In this document: positions 9,653 through 19,060 of the stretch, piece after piece
Layout: each line of letters starts with the position of its first letter
Position numbering within the stretch: position 1 is the stretch's first letter
IMG/VR virus record: IMGVR_UViG_3300044802_000092
Location: 1 to 58,252 of that record
DNA: 58,252 nt
Source of the DNA: a virus
Lineage: Duplodnaviria; Caudoviricetes
Strand: one strand, 5' to 3'
Program-made: the position numbers and the translations under genes
The notes under the pieces: generated by a model
What the model saw: only the letters and a program-made list of their open reading frames with translations
The model's database searches: none
What the model was told of the DNA's origin: nothing

Positions 9653-11137
9653 TTAGAAGCTGATGTTCAGCGTTACGCTAACGTTTTGAACCGCCCCTGC
9701 CATCCGGGCTGCGGCCTGGAACGCCACGGCCTGGCGTTCCTGTCGAACCGCTTCTGTCAGAGAGGAAATTGGCGGAATGTATAGGTAGAACCCCTGATGC
9801 AGGTAATCGCCGGTCTGTATCTGCCCAAAACTGGCCCCGTCCCACGGCCCCGGCGCCAACAGCCCGTTAGTCACCCCAGACTGCAATGCTGAGATGATTG
9901 CAGTTCCGATGGTGTGCATACCCGCGTCGGTTTCGGGTATTTTCGTCGACGTTCCGGTGTATAGATTGAAAACGTTGGTCTGCAGGGTCGCCACCAGCCA
10001 GTCGAGCCCCACAATGGTGTCGATAAACTGACCGGAGGCGCAGACGCCCGGTTCGATTATCGCACTTCCGTTGTTGTATGTGACATATACGTTGCAGTTT
10101 TTCCCCTCAACTGCGTTAGCCTGTGTTGTGGTGAGCGTTTCGGCTGCCACCCCCGGCTCGACCTTACCGAACAGGGTAATTGCCGAGTTTTGACTGCCCC
10201 AGTTCGTAGGCAGAATGCGGCCCAGCATTGAGGCCGCGGCATATTTCGACGAGGACGAGTATTGGGTGGCTGTGCGGTTGTACTTCAGCTGCTGCACCGC
10301 GTAAGGTAGAGAGCTGGTGTCCCCCGGCACGAGCACCGCAGCCTCTTGAGTCGTAACTCCATAGAAATGCGGGTTAGTGGCGGCCTCGACGTAGCCAGCC
10401 ACAGCCTCGTGATCGGCGTCCGAAGCTGAGGGAACGACTAACCCATACCATTGGGAAGAAAACTGGTTATCGAAATTCGCCACCGCACTCACTGCGGTTT
10501 CGGCGGCAACGCCGTTAGCCTCGTACGCGCCGGAGGTAGCTGCCAGTCCCGTCTGCGTCGACATGTCTGTGCCCGAACCCAAAGCCGAGGCAAAGGATAC
10601 GCTGGAATTGACCCCAGTTGAGGCGGAAGTCACAACCAGTCGTTGGAAGCTGGGGTCCCAGGCGCACGACGCGCCGGGTATAGCCGCACCGATGACCGCC
10701 GCCACCCCGGTCATACTAGTAACAGGGGGCGAGGTAAAGTTGAGGGCAATGTTCTGTGCCACACCGCCGTCGATGGTTATTACGAATGTACCGTTTGAAA
10801 TGCTAGACCACGCGCTGGCCACCTGATTGGCCGCAGGTAGAGGGGCGCCAACGAGCTGGCCCGCCGCAGCCGTTTTCGCCCATCGACCAATTAGACATTG
10901 CGAGGGCTGGGGTTTTTGGCTAAACCATAACAGGGCGGCGTAGTATTCCTCTGAGGTTGTGCCGAACTGCGCCGCAACTTCATCAATTGTGGAATAGGAA
11001 CGCATCTGGGAAACGGTGTCGATAACCGCTGAAGTCCCCATAATGAGGAAAGTGTTGAAGTTGGGAACCGAAGAAGGCGGAGCCGCAAGGTTTACGTTTG
11101 TATTAATGACGCGGTTAATTGAAAGGCCAGCGGTCAT
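9653..11137 (-). CDS. Tail sheath protein (DUF3383-like)
   Basis: Start MTAGLSINRVI; FSQxPQP...IGRW; TLFGKVEPGV; FID...DWL; KIPETDAG. Confidence 0.9.
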   Translation of the reverse strand: MTAGLSINRVINTNVNLAAPPSSVPNFNTFLIMGTSAVIDTVSQMRSYSTIDEVAAQFGTTSEEYYAALLWFSQKPQPSQCLIGRWAKTAAAGQLVGAPLPAANQVASAWSSISNGTFVITIDGGVAQNIALNFTSPPVTSMTGVAAVIGAAIPGASCAWDPSFQRLVVTSASTGVNSSVSFASALGSGTDMSTQTGLAATSGAYEANGVAAETAVSAVANFDNQFSSQWYGLVVPSASDADHEAVAGYVEAATNPHFYGVTTQEAAVLVPGDTSSLPYAVQQLKYNRTATQYSSSSKYAAASMLGRILPTNWGSQNSAITLFGKVEPGVAAETLTTTQANAVEGKNCNVYVTYNNGSAIIEPGVCASGQFIDTIVGLDWLVATLQTNVFNLYTGTSTKIPETDAGMHTIGTAIISALQSGVTNGLLAPGPWDGASFGQIQTGDYLHQGFYLYIPPISSLTEAVRQERQAVAFQAAARMAGAVQNVSVTLNISF

Positions 11138-11139
11138 AG

Positions 11140-11739
11140 CTAGTTTCCTTTTGAAACTGTAAACGTTCGGGTGGGGGCTGTGTCCGGAATTATGGTTATC
11201 GGAACCGCCAGAATTGAAGGTATCGGATAGGTGCGCTGTATTTCCCGTCTGAGCACAAACGGGAAGTCTATCCGATACTGCCACCTAGACTTGATAACAA
11301 GCGGAACAGGCTGCAGATCACCAACGCCAGCCATCCCCATACCATAGTCCCGTAGATATTCCACATTTTGGGCGACCGCCATATTATCCCGCATAAGCGT
11401 CACCAACGCTTCCGCCCGGCCGCTTACCCCCAGGTCGTAAAGCGAACAAAGCAGATGGATTTCTTCATGCCGCTGCATTCCCATTGCCCCAATTCCCCCG
11501 TTTCCAGCGGGGTCGAACCCCAGGTACGGGTAAGCATCAGCGGGCCGCATCGAATGGCGGAAGGCCATCCAGGCCTCCCCTGCATCCGGAATATCCGGGG
11601 GTTCTGACTGAAACGCGGGGCGAACGAGCGGGCCGGGAAGGGTGGAAAGGGCCACGAGCCAGGGCTGCAAAATAGCGTTCAGGGCCGCACCTGTCGGCGG
11701 CGGGACGCTGTCTATCGGTTGAATGACAGGCCCTGACAT
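11140..11739 (-). CDS. Tail terminator / neck protein
   Basis: LPGxLVRPxxQxEPPxIP...WMAF; immediately upstream of sheath. Confidence 0.75.
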   Translation of the reverse strand: MSGPVIQPIDSVPPPTGAALNAILQPWLVALSTLPGPLVRPAFQSEPPDIPDAGEAWMAFRHSMRPADAYPYLGFDPAGNGGIGAMGMQRHEEIHLLCSLYDLGVSGRAEALVTLMRDNMAVAQNVEYLRDYGMGMAGVGDLQPVPLVIKSRWQYRIDFPFVLRREIQRTYPIPSILAVPITIIPDTAPTRTFTVSKGN

Positions 11740-11743
11740 TGTT

Positions 11744-12319
11744 TTAGCTGCTCCTAATTACGTACTTGATTGCGTTGCGCAACTGGCCGGTATCGATCAA
11801 AGGCTTGGCATTAGTTATTCCGGCAGTCAATGCCTCAGATGAAACTGGTTGCGGAAGGTCCGCACGCCGCGCTAATTCTACCGCCGCACCTTTTCGCCCC
11901 TTCTTGCCCCGGCGCGCCCGCGCTCTGAGGGTAGCGTCCGACAGGGCAGGAGGAATTCCTGAGTTGATTTTTGCCCTCACCTTGTTTTGGACCATGAGGC
12001 CCAACCGGTGGAACCCCCGATCCACCGCGTCCGTGTCGCCCTTCAATGCGTTCCGGCCAATTCCAAGCAACCGAGTGGTTATGTCGTACTTGGCCTCCTC
12101 AATGGAGGGTTTCAAAAACGGCCGGGGCGGAACATGTGCGGCAGGACAGCCGTTTTCGTGGATATAGGCCAGGAAGGCGTTATTGACAACACCCTTCTCG
12201 CCGGGCTCAGGCTTGCGTAAGGCCTGTTCCGCCGGGACGCCTACAAGAACATGTTGCTTGGTCAGCCGCTCCAGGGTCTGCATCAACTTGGGCAGCCTGG
12301 AATTGCGGGCAACTGTCAC
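11744..12319 (-). CDS. Neck / tail completion protein
   Basis: VLVGVP, NAxLAYIHExG, PPRPFL, KPLIDTGQLRNAI; GTG start overlapping upstream stop. Confidence 0.8.
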   Translation of the reverse strand: MTVARNSRLPKLMQTLERLTKQHVLVGVPAEQALRKPEPGEKGVVNNAFLAYIHENGCPAAHVPPRPFLKPSIEEAKYDITTRLLGIGRNALKGDTDAVDRGFHRLGLMVQNKVRAKINSGIPPALSDATLRARARRGKKGRKGAAVELARRADLPQPVSSEALTAGITNAKPLIDTGQLRNAIKYVIRSS

Positions 12320-12819
12320 GGGCCGGACAATCCAAAGAACGGCGGACCGGGCCAAGCGGGACCAGAGAATGTTGACCAATCGTTGGGTACCATATTACCC
12401 GTAATGGTATATGGCACCGCCCCGAACTGCTTGGCCAGACGAATAAAGCGTATTCCGTAAGTGGTTAAATTCCAATGGGATGCGTCGGCCTCGACACCGG
12501 AAGCGGTGTCATAAGAAATGGAAACCCCGCCCACACTTTTACTGGAGACCACACCTGTCATAATGCCGGGCGCCGCGCCGTTGTTTGATGCTTTAATCTG
12601 CTGCAGCTCTAAAGCGAGGTTGTGGGCAATGAACAACTCAACCCCAATGTCAAACATTGTGGTGGGAGGGTTTGTGGTGGTGAGGGCTGGAGGTCCCCAG
12701 AGGTTTTGGTTAAGTAACAGCCCAGCCATAGCGGCGTAAAGCTGTACGCCCGAATCCGGATATTTCCCCTGATCCCGGAACTCGGGATAGTCAACACGGA
12801 AAGATTCGGGCGTTATCAT
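12316..12819 (-). CDS. Head-tail adaptor (DUF4054-like)
   Basis: FRxDYPEF, LFIAHNL, SSKSVGGVSISYD, WNLTTYG motifs. Confidence 0.88.
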   Translation of the reverse strand: MITPESFRVDYPEFRDQGKYPDSGVQLYAAMAGLLLNQNLWGPPALTTTNPPTTMFDIGVELFIAHNLALELQQIKASNNGAAPGIMTGVVSSKSVGGVSISYDTASGVEADASHWNLTTYGIRFIRLAKQFGAVPYTITGNMVPNDWSTFSGPAWPGPPFFGLSGP

Positions 12820-13169
12820 CAGCTTTGTTCTCCGCCCGCCGATCGCCAAAGCAGGCGATTGGCTTCGTTGATGGAGGCTACACTTACGTTGTCAGGCAAC
12901 ACCTGGATGATTTCCCCCGCAAGCTCGCCCGTCCCTTGGACGAGGTTGTCTTGCATTTGCTCCGGATCAATCAAGTTTTGCCCAGCGCGGGGACTGAACG
13001 GCCCGAAGAGCGCCACCGCGTTCGGGTCGTCCGTGTCATCAGACTTGCCATGCACGTTGGTGATGTTGCCCTTGTTAGCCGAGGCGTAGAACACGGACTC
13101 ACCCTTTTTATGTCCGTATTCCTCTTCCATGTGCTTCTTGATCTTTTCACCTTTTCCTGTCAAGGGCAT
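12819..13169 (-). CDS. Hypothetical head-region protein
   Basis: MPLTxKGEKIxxxMxxEYGxKKGExVFYAS motif recurrent in phage head modules; RBS GAGGTG. Confidence 0.7.
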   Translation of the reverse strand: MPLTGKGEKIKKHMEEEYGHKKGESVFYASANKGNITNVHGKSDDTDDPNAVALFGPFSPRAGQNLIDPEQMQDNLVQGTGELAGEIIQVLPDNVSVASINEANRLLWRSAGGEQS

Positions 13170-13180
13170 GACACCACCTC

Positions 13181-13531
13181 TTACGCTTTGACCAGGAATT
13201 TAGTCGATTTGGGCTTGGCCTCTACCTCAGGCTGCGGGGTTTCCAGGATCGCTACATTTTCGAGGGTTGGTGTCTGCGACTTGGCGTACCGCTGCGCGCC
13301 TGCGGCCTTGAGGTACCAATGGTCCGCCAGGTGGGCAGGAACCTCTTGGACGCCGGGCTTGAACAGAACGCGGGACAGGTCCTGCTGGGTGACAATGACC
13401 ATTTCAGGAATGACCATCGTTTCCGTGGCCTCGTCCAGAGACAGTTTCGCGTCGAGTGGGGACAGCATATTCTGAGGCGCCGGTCCCTGCGTTTGCCACT
13501 GGAGTTTTGCAGCGGCGGTAAGATTCGTCAT
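13181..13531 (-). CDS. Hypothetical virion-associated protein
   Basis: FxPGVQEVPxHLADHWY motif; GGAGG RBS. Confidence 0.7.
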   Translation of the reverse strand: MTNLTAAAKLQWQTQGPAPQNMLSPLDAKLSLDEATETMVIPEMVIVTQQDLSRVLFKPGVQEVPAHLADHWYLKAAGAQRYAKSQTPTLENVAILETPQPEVEAKPKSTKFLVKA

Positions 13532-13542
13532 GTGTTCCTCCG

Positions 13543-14541
13543 TTATTTAGTCGCCGATACGGCGGCAAGAATGGCTTCGAGGTCTACCACGATTTTCTGT
13601 CCGTTTGCCTCAATGTTGGCAAGCATCTTCATTAAGTCGAGCTGAAGCTGCTCAAACAGAGCGGCCGGAACGGGCGGGGTTGGGGTTGGACTTGGAGTTG
13701 GCGCCGGGGTTGGAGGCGTTACAACGCTTCCAAGTGCCTGAAAATCTGCCGTGAGCTGCACCCAGTCGAAACCGTTCGGGGCAAGACCCGAGGCGATGTT
13801 CAACTGGTCCTGGCTGATGGCGGTGTACAGCTCGCCCTGGGCAGAAGCGGCGGCGTATTCGGCGATCGCCGCGTACGTGATCTTACCCAACATGGCCCAG
13901 GTCGAAATGGTGATACCCGTAGCGTCGTACGCCACGCCGGGAAAACAGTGGCCGTTGTACGGATCAGGTGCCCCCGCCACATCCCACACGAAGCCGGAGC
14001 TTGAGGGGAAGGGAGAAATCCAGGCATCAGGCAGCGCAATTCCGAAGATGAGGTTTTCGAACAGCCAGAGTGCTGTTTGCATCTCCGTAGCATCCGCCGG
14101 ATTGACCGCAAGCCAGCCGACAATCTTGTGGTTTGAGGGGTTGGGTACGCCCCCGCTCTGCCAATATCCTAGTGTTTGCTGAATATCGCAGCCGTTGTCC
14201 GTGGCGGGGTACCCCGGAACATAGCCGCAGGCACCGGAATACGTGGCGAGGGTCTGGTCTTGGGTATACTCGAACGGCGTGCCCCCATCAGCGTTACCCG
14301 TAAATACCCCAACGATATGTTCGATCGCGGCCACCACACAATCGCCCAACGTGTCGTTGTTATACATCTGGGCCAGGGAAGCGGCGGCTTCGGTTGTGTA
14401 GTCGCACATGGCAGGCGGCGTGGGCAGTGCCTCCGCCGCCGTGTAGTTTCGCATACTCAGAACAGGCAGCCGGGAAACCGGGGGCTTTCTGCCGAACTTG
14501 AACGTTTGGCCTTGTAGCCCGATTATAGTCTTGACTGCCAT
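13543..14541 (-). CDS. Putative papain-like cysteine peptidase
   Basis: LGDCVVAA (Cys), NGHCFPGVAYD (His), TISTW; Pro-Thr linker and C-terminal helix. Confidence 0.6.
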   Translation of the reverse strand: MAVKTIIGLQGQTFKFGRKPPVSRLPVLSMRNYTAAEALPTPPAMCDYTTEAAASLAQMYNNDTLGDCVVAAIEHIVGVFTGNADGGTPFEYTQDQTLATYSGACGYVPGYPATDNGCDIQQTLGYWQSGGVPNPSNHKIVGWLAVNPADATEMQTALWLFENLIFGIALPDAWISPFPSSSGFVWDVAGAPDPYNGHCFPGVAYDATGITISTWAMLGKITYAAIAEYAAASAQGELYTAISQDQLNIASGLAPNGFDWVQLTADFQALGSVVTPPTPAPTPSPTPTPPVPAALFEQLQLDLMKMLANIEANGQKIVVDLEAILAAVSATK

Positions 14542-14574
14542 ACTCTGTCACCTCAAAGGTTATGGGTCCACCAC

Positions 14575-15015
14575 TTAAAGGGTTGCGGGAGTGCCCTGTG
14601 TGTACCAGAAATGGGCGTGAGTGAGGTTGCTGAAAATGCCAGAGCCTTCAGACGCAATCTGGGAGTGTAGCTCCGACGTGAGGGAACGGACGAGCTGCTG
14701 CTGGGACGCAAGCACTAGGCTCTCCAGACCAGGAGAAACGGCCATGTCCGTGGATTTTGCCGCGGTGCGGGCAGCCGTGTTGAGGGAACTGACGATGTCG
14801 CGTGAAGTTTGGCTGAGGGAAGGGAGCATCTGCAAGTCGTTGGCCAGGACCGAAACCTGCGCCCAGTCGCCCTGAGTGGCGGCGTTGTTAATACTGGCAA
14901 TTAAACCATCCGCCTGGGTAGCGGAGCTGCTCCAGCCCCCGAGCGAAGGGCCAAGTGAGCCGAGCACGTTTCCAATGCTTGTGATGATAGATGCGGTGTT
15001 GGACGAAGAAGCCAT
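14575..15015 (-). CDS. Hypothetical protein (Ser/Ala-rich, helical)
   Basis: GGAGG RBS, in-operon position after capsid. Confidence 0.65.
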   Translation of the reverse strand: MASSSNTASIITSIGNVLGSLGPSLGGWSSSATQADGLIASINNAATQGDWAQVSVLANDLQMLPSLSQTSRDIVSSLNTAARTAAKSTDMAVSPGLESLVLASQQQLVRSLTSELHSQIASEGSGIFSNLTHAHFWYTQGTPATL

Positions 15016-15118
15016 AATATTCCTCCATTGAAGTTTAACTGGCGGGCTCGCACCGCCTCCGCCGCCCGTCAGCGGCTCCCTTAGTTTAACGCCCCTAGGA
15101 TTTATATGGGCGATTTAT

Positions 15119-16279
15119 TCAGAGCCCGTCCGCGTAGGATATGGTCTCTGGGTATACGACTTCCACCACACCCAGACGGCAGAAGTATGTTGTCTTGTGG
15201 TAAATACTATCATACTGGATGGGCGTCCGCTGAAGGAGCGTCATCGGGTAGCGGACGCGGTCTTTCTCTTTCGTATAGGCCACCATCCTGTCGACGGTTC
15301 CGGCGGTTCCCAGCGTGCCGCTGAGGCCTGCGCCAACCAGCCACTTGAGGGGATAGATTTCGAGCTTGCCCCGGCCCGAAGTGGTCAGCAGGTTGTTTTC
15401 CTGAATATACTTCAGGATGGAGACGTTGCCCGCCTGAGACACCTTCGCCGTGCTGATGTAGCCGAACTGGGTGGGCGGCAACAATAGCCGGGACGGAATA
15501 ACCGCATAACCGGAATTGGCCCAGGTCGTTGACAGCGTGTAGTTGACATCCGATAGGATTTCATCTGGAGTTTTCAACGCCCAGGTTGTGGACCCAGATA
15601 CACCTGCCGGAAGATTGAAACGGGACGTCACCAATGAATTGTTAAGGAGTCCCGTATCGCCTGTGACGGTGTCGCCGATGTAAATCTGCTCGTCGATATC
15701 CATCTGGTGCTTGAGCTGGAGGCCCGCATATTTCTGGGCGTCGACTGGCCGCCCGAGTTTCGCTGCGGATTCCAGCTCAAGGATGGTGAACGCAATTTCC
15801 AGACCCCAGGGCCGCAAAGGATGGGGAATCTTCGCAATGTCAACGCCAACGCCCGCGATCTGGTCTGTGGACTTACCGATCCAGGCCTTACCATTGCCAA
15901 TCCCGCTTCCCGTTCCGAGCGAACCCGGCGAGCCGTAGGTACTGAGCGTAAAGCTCGACACCTCGTCGGCGATGGTAACATCATCCCTCAGGTCAATATC
16001 TCGGCCCCAGGTCACAGCCACAAGCGGGTTATGGAGTGTCATGTCCAGGCGTTCGAGTTCGCCCACCAGGAACGCGCCGGTAGAGTCTACCGTGCGGCCG
16101 TCGTGTGTCCTGAAGCTGTTTCCCAGCTTCACACCCATTGCGTTACCTGAGGCGTCATGGGTTCTCTGGTTTGCCCAGCCGTATGTCATAAGCCCGTCGT
16201 GGGTCCGGCTTCGGCCCACGACCCGCCCCGGAAACCTGATAATCGCCGGGGCGGGAAAAGAAGACTGAACGTGTAACAT
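15119..16279 (-). CDS. Major capsid protein (DUF2184-like, HK97 fold)
   Basis: DSTGAFLVGELERLD, TWGRDIDLR, LKHQMDIDEQIYIGD, YPETIxYxDG. Confidence 0.92.
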   Translation of the reverse strand: MLHVQSSFPAPAIIRFPGRVVGRSRTHDGLMTYGWANQRTHDASGNAMGVKLGNSFRTHDGRTVDSTGAFLVGELERLDMTLHNPLVAVTWGRDIDLRDDVTIADEVSSFTLSTYGSPGSLGTGSGIGNGKAWIGKSTDQIAGVGVDIAKIPHPLRPWGLEIAFTILELESAAKLGRPVDAQKYAGLQLKHQMDIDEQIYIGDTVTGDTGLLNNSLVTSRFNLPAGVSGSTTWALKTPDEILSDVNYTLSTTWANSGYAVIPSRLLLPPTQFGYISTAKVSQAGNVSILKYIQENNLLTTSGRGKLEIYPLKWLVGAGLSGTLGTAGTVDRMVAYTKEKDRVRYPMTLLQRTPIQYDSIYHKTTYFCRLGVVEVVYPETISYADGL

Positions 16280-16305
16280 GTTTCGCGGTTATCCTCTAGC
16301 AAATG

Positions 16306-16935
16306 TTAGATGTTGAAGGCCAGCTCGACGAGCCCGGTTGTGGCATCGACCGGCCCCATGTACGTCACGGTCCCCGGATAACCACTCAACGCCATGGTGT
16401 TGGCGCCTGTGGCCCCCTCAAATCCCCCCTGAAGGTGTGCGCCGCTGTTAGTGTTGCAATACACAAACGCCTCACCGCCACTTGTGGGCGAGCCGTAGGT
16501 TGTGCAGAGTGGAACCATGACGTAGCCAGAGCGGAGGATGTCCACCACCTGACCTGCTTGGATGGGGGCTGGAGTGGCAGAGGTGGCGAACGCTGCCCCG
16601 CCGTAGGCTGAATCCCCGGCCGAGGCTTGGAAGGGGTAAGGCCGCACGGCAATGCCGTAAATGAGGGTAGTTCCACTGTCGCCCGCGGCGGGGATGCGCA
16701 CCGTTCCAGTTGAAGCATCCAATATTACTGCCGAGCCGTAAAATACCGGGGGTGTGGTCGCGTGTAGCGGCCGGGGCTCAAGGTTAACAGGGTGAGTGCG
16801 TGTGACTTGACCGGCAAACCCCGCACCCATCCGGTAGTTGAAGGCCACATCGCGGGTGGAAACTCGCCTGTGGATTTTCGGCCGGAGGATCGCTGGGGTT
16901 GCCAGGTCCGACCGATATTTGCAATTAATCGTCAT
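16306..16935 (-). CDS. Capsid decoration / cement protein
   Basis: YRMxAGFAGxVTR, YGIxVRPYP, ILRSGYVMV, GLVELAFNI; between protease and capsid. Confidence 0.8.
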   Translation of the reverse strand: MTINCKYRSDLATPAILRPKIHRRVSTRDVAFNYRMGAGFAGQVTRTHPVNLEPRPLHATTPPVFYGSAVILDASTGTVRIPAAGDSGTTLIYGIAVRPYPFQASAGDSAYGGAAFATSATPAPIQAGQVVDILRSGYVMVPLCTTYGSPTSGGEAFVYCNTNSGAHLQGGFEGATGANTMALSGYPGTVTYMGPVDATTGLVELAFNI

Positions 16936-16956
16936 GTTCGTTGTCTCCTATCGGTC

Positions 16957-18543
16957 TTAACCCTGCGAACTGTAAAACTTGCGGTTCAGCTCATTGAGGT
17001 CCGCAGCGGACCGGACCTTGCCCTTTATTCCCATTCCGCCTCCAGCCACGGTAAGCGCCGGGGCATCCACGGTGCGACGAACCCCGCCGTTATTGACAAG
17101 CCGCTTGGCGTTGGCGACCGCCCGAAATATTGTAGCGATTTGGCTGGCGCGGTAGGCTGAAGTGTCGAAGTTGAACTTTCCAGTAACATCCTCGATGATT
17201 CCACGCGTCCCTACGTCGGCCATGGCCGCGTCCAACACGCGACACCGGAAGTCATGTAGCCGCTGCCTTGGAAGCCGGGATTGAGCCACGCTGTCAAACG
17301 TTGGCATGCGGCAACCGGGAACGATGATCTCGGCCATGGCCACCACATCCTGGTAGGTTTCTGGCAGAGCATCATCCGACCGGTGGCGGCGGTCGCCGTG
17401 GGAGCGATGACCATCCGAGCCAGGAGGGGCCTCAAACTCAAGGTTGCCCAGAATCTTGCGATCCGAATGGTGGCGGCGGTCCGAATGGTGGCGGCGGTCG
17501 CTGTGGTGGCGGCGATGGCGGTCGCCGTGCGTAATCTGCAACGTGCCGTCATCGTCATCATCATCGTCCGACCGGGAGCGAGCACGGCGGCGGTCGCTGT
17601 GGTGGCGGCGGCGGTGCGCATCGTCATCATCGTCGTCATCCGACCGGGAGCGGGCGCGGCGGCGGTCTTCGAGGCCGACCTCTTCCGTCTCCTCGTATTC
17701 CTCTTCCGGGTCCTCCTCCGAATGGTGGCGGCGCCGGTCGTCGCTACGGGCTTTGCGATGGAGGTCACTTACCATGCGGTGCATGTGATGTAAGGAATCT
17801 TCGAGCGCCCCTATGCGCCCCTCAAGCCCTTCCGGCCCTTCTGTCTCTTCCGAGTCACGTCTACGGCGTCTCATTCTGTCTCCTTCAACTGCGTGACCAC
17901 CCGACCCAACATGCACGTGAACGTGGCCTGCTGTGTCCGTTAACCCTTCCTCGGACCCCAATCCCTCAATGTCGATGGTCCTAATGTCAATAGTTCTCAT
18001 GTCCTTTTCCTTCGCGTCCTTGATAGCACATCTCGGCCCGGCTCTTCCTTCATCAACTAGCGCGACGTGGTTGAATGTCACATTGAAATGCCGGGCTATC
18101 CCCGGAGCTAGTTCCTCGTAGTCTACATCATAGCCGCAGGATAGTTCCATTTTACCGCTAAGAATCAGCCTGATGGCCTCTTCGTCGGTTATCACTAAAT
18201 CTGCCACTAAACAGTCATGGTATTCCCCCTCTCCCCGGCGAGGATGTAGCACCGTCCCAACAGCCAAATCCTTCCAATTTGAGGGGTCGACATCGACAGG
18301 AGGATGGTTGTTGGTGACGGGTTTCCCTACCACGCTGGCAACAGCCTCCGCCCGGAACACCTCGTCTTCGTTGCGAAACACTACAACAGTACCATCTGGG
18401 CCAGGAGTTACGGGAACTTCGTCGGCGTTGTATTTGAGGGTACCCGTCCGCGTCAGCGCACACCCAACGCAAACAAGGAAACCCTCGTTGGTGAAGTAGC
18501 GGTTGGCGCTTACTTGTTCGGTAACGAAAAAGGGTTGAACCAT
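16957..18543 (-). CDS. Prohead protease/scaffold (DUF2213-like) with Asp/Arg/His low-complexity insert
   Basis: TxEGFLVC, GKPVTxxHP, ELSCGY, NHVALVDEGRAGxRCAIKD. Confidence 0.88.
   Translation of the reverse strand: MVQPFFVTEQVSANRYFTNEGFLVCVGCALTRTGTLKYNADEVPVTPGPDGTVVVFRNEDEVFRAEAVASVVGKPVTNNHPPVDVDPSNWKDLAVGTVLHPRRGEGEYHDCLVADLVITDEEAIRLILSGKMELSCGYDVDYEELAPGIARHFNVTFNHVALVDEGRAGPRCAIKDAKEKDMRTIDIRTIDIEGLGSEEGLTDTAGHVHVHVGSGGHAVEGDRMRRRRRDSEETEGPEGLEGRIGALEDSLHHMHRMVSDLHRKARSDDRRRHHSEEDPEEEYEETEEVGLEDRRRARSRSDDDDDDDAHRRRHHSDRRRARSRSDDDDDDDGTLQITHGDRHRRHHSDRRHHSDRRHHSDRKILGNLEFEAPPGSDGHRSHGDRRHRSDDALPETYQDVVAMAEIIVPGCRMPTFDSVAQSRLPRQRLHDFRCRVLDAAMADVGTRGIIEDVTGKFNFDTSAYRASQIATIFRAVANAKRLVNNGGVRRTVDAPALTVAGGGMGIKGKVRSAADLNELNRKFYSSQG
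17390..17760. repeat. Imperfect repeats encoding (R)RHHSD / RSRSDDDDD units
   Basis: Near-tandem TGGTGGCGGCGGTC units; protein HHSDRR repeated. Confidence 0.8.
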
Positions 18544-18938
18544 CAGTGTTTTCCGAAGTTACATACCAGAGCGGTTATCGGCGCGCTGCCGCCCGTAGCC
18601 GTGGTTGTGGCCGCCACGGAAATGGCCGTGTCGAACTGAACCCCCTCACCCGCAAAGGACATGCTAAGATGTGAAGCCCCCGCAATGCCGAAACTCAAAA
18701 CCGGCGGGGTCGTCCCCACCGAAACGCCTGTGGATACAACGTCAAACATCTGGATGTAGGCAACTGCAGCGTTCGCGTTATAGCACTCAATCCAACGCAG
18801 AGTGCCCTTCGCCGCCTTGAGGGCCACAGCCCCGTTAGTTAGTGCCGGGGCGGACACCGGCGTATCCCCCCGCACCGCCTGCGCTGCCGCCGGGCCGGAC
18901 AACAGCCCCGCAAGGGCCAAGATGAGCAATCTTTTCAT
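18543..18938 (-). CDS. Small beta-rich protein with signal-peptide-like N-terminus
   Basis: MKRLLILALAGLLSGPAAAQA; CYNxNAAVAYIQMFD...GVQFDTAISVAATT. Confidence 0.7.
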   Translation of the reverse strand: MKRLLILALAGLLSGPAAAQAVRGDTPVSAPALTNGAVALKAAKGTLRWIECYNANAAVAYIQMFDVVSTGVSVGTTPPVLSFGIAGASHLSMSFAGEGVQFDTAISVAATTTATGGSAPITALVCNFGKH

Positions 18939-19060
18939 TTTTAGTGTCCTTTTGAAAGTGGGGCTGGCCGCCCCAGCATAAGGCTAGGCTCGCGGGGAGG
19001 GGGCCGCAAGCACGGCCCGCCCCTATGTTGCGGCGCTCGGCGGGGCGCCGCAACAACTCG

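Noticed and set aside
11138-11284. ORF-track N-terminal extension of the sheath
   Set aside because: Overlaps the upstream gene; RBS and family-like start at 11137
17211-17793. Alternative-frame ORFs in the protease/scaffold gene
   Set aside because: By-products of low-complexity repeats lacking stops
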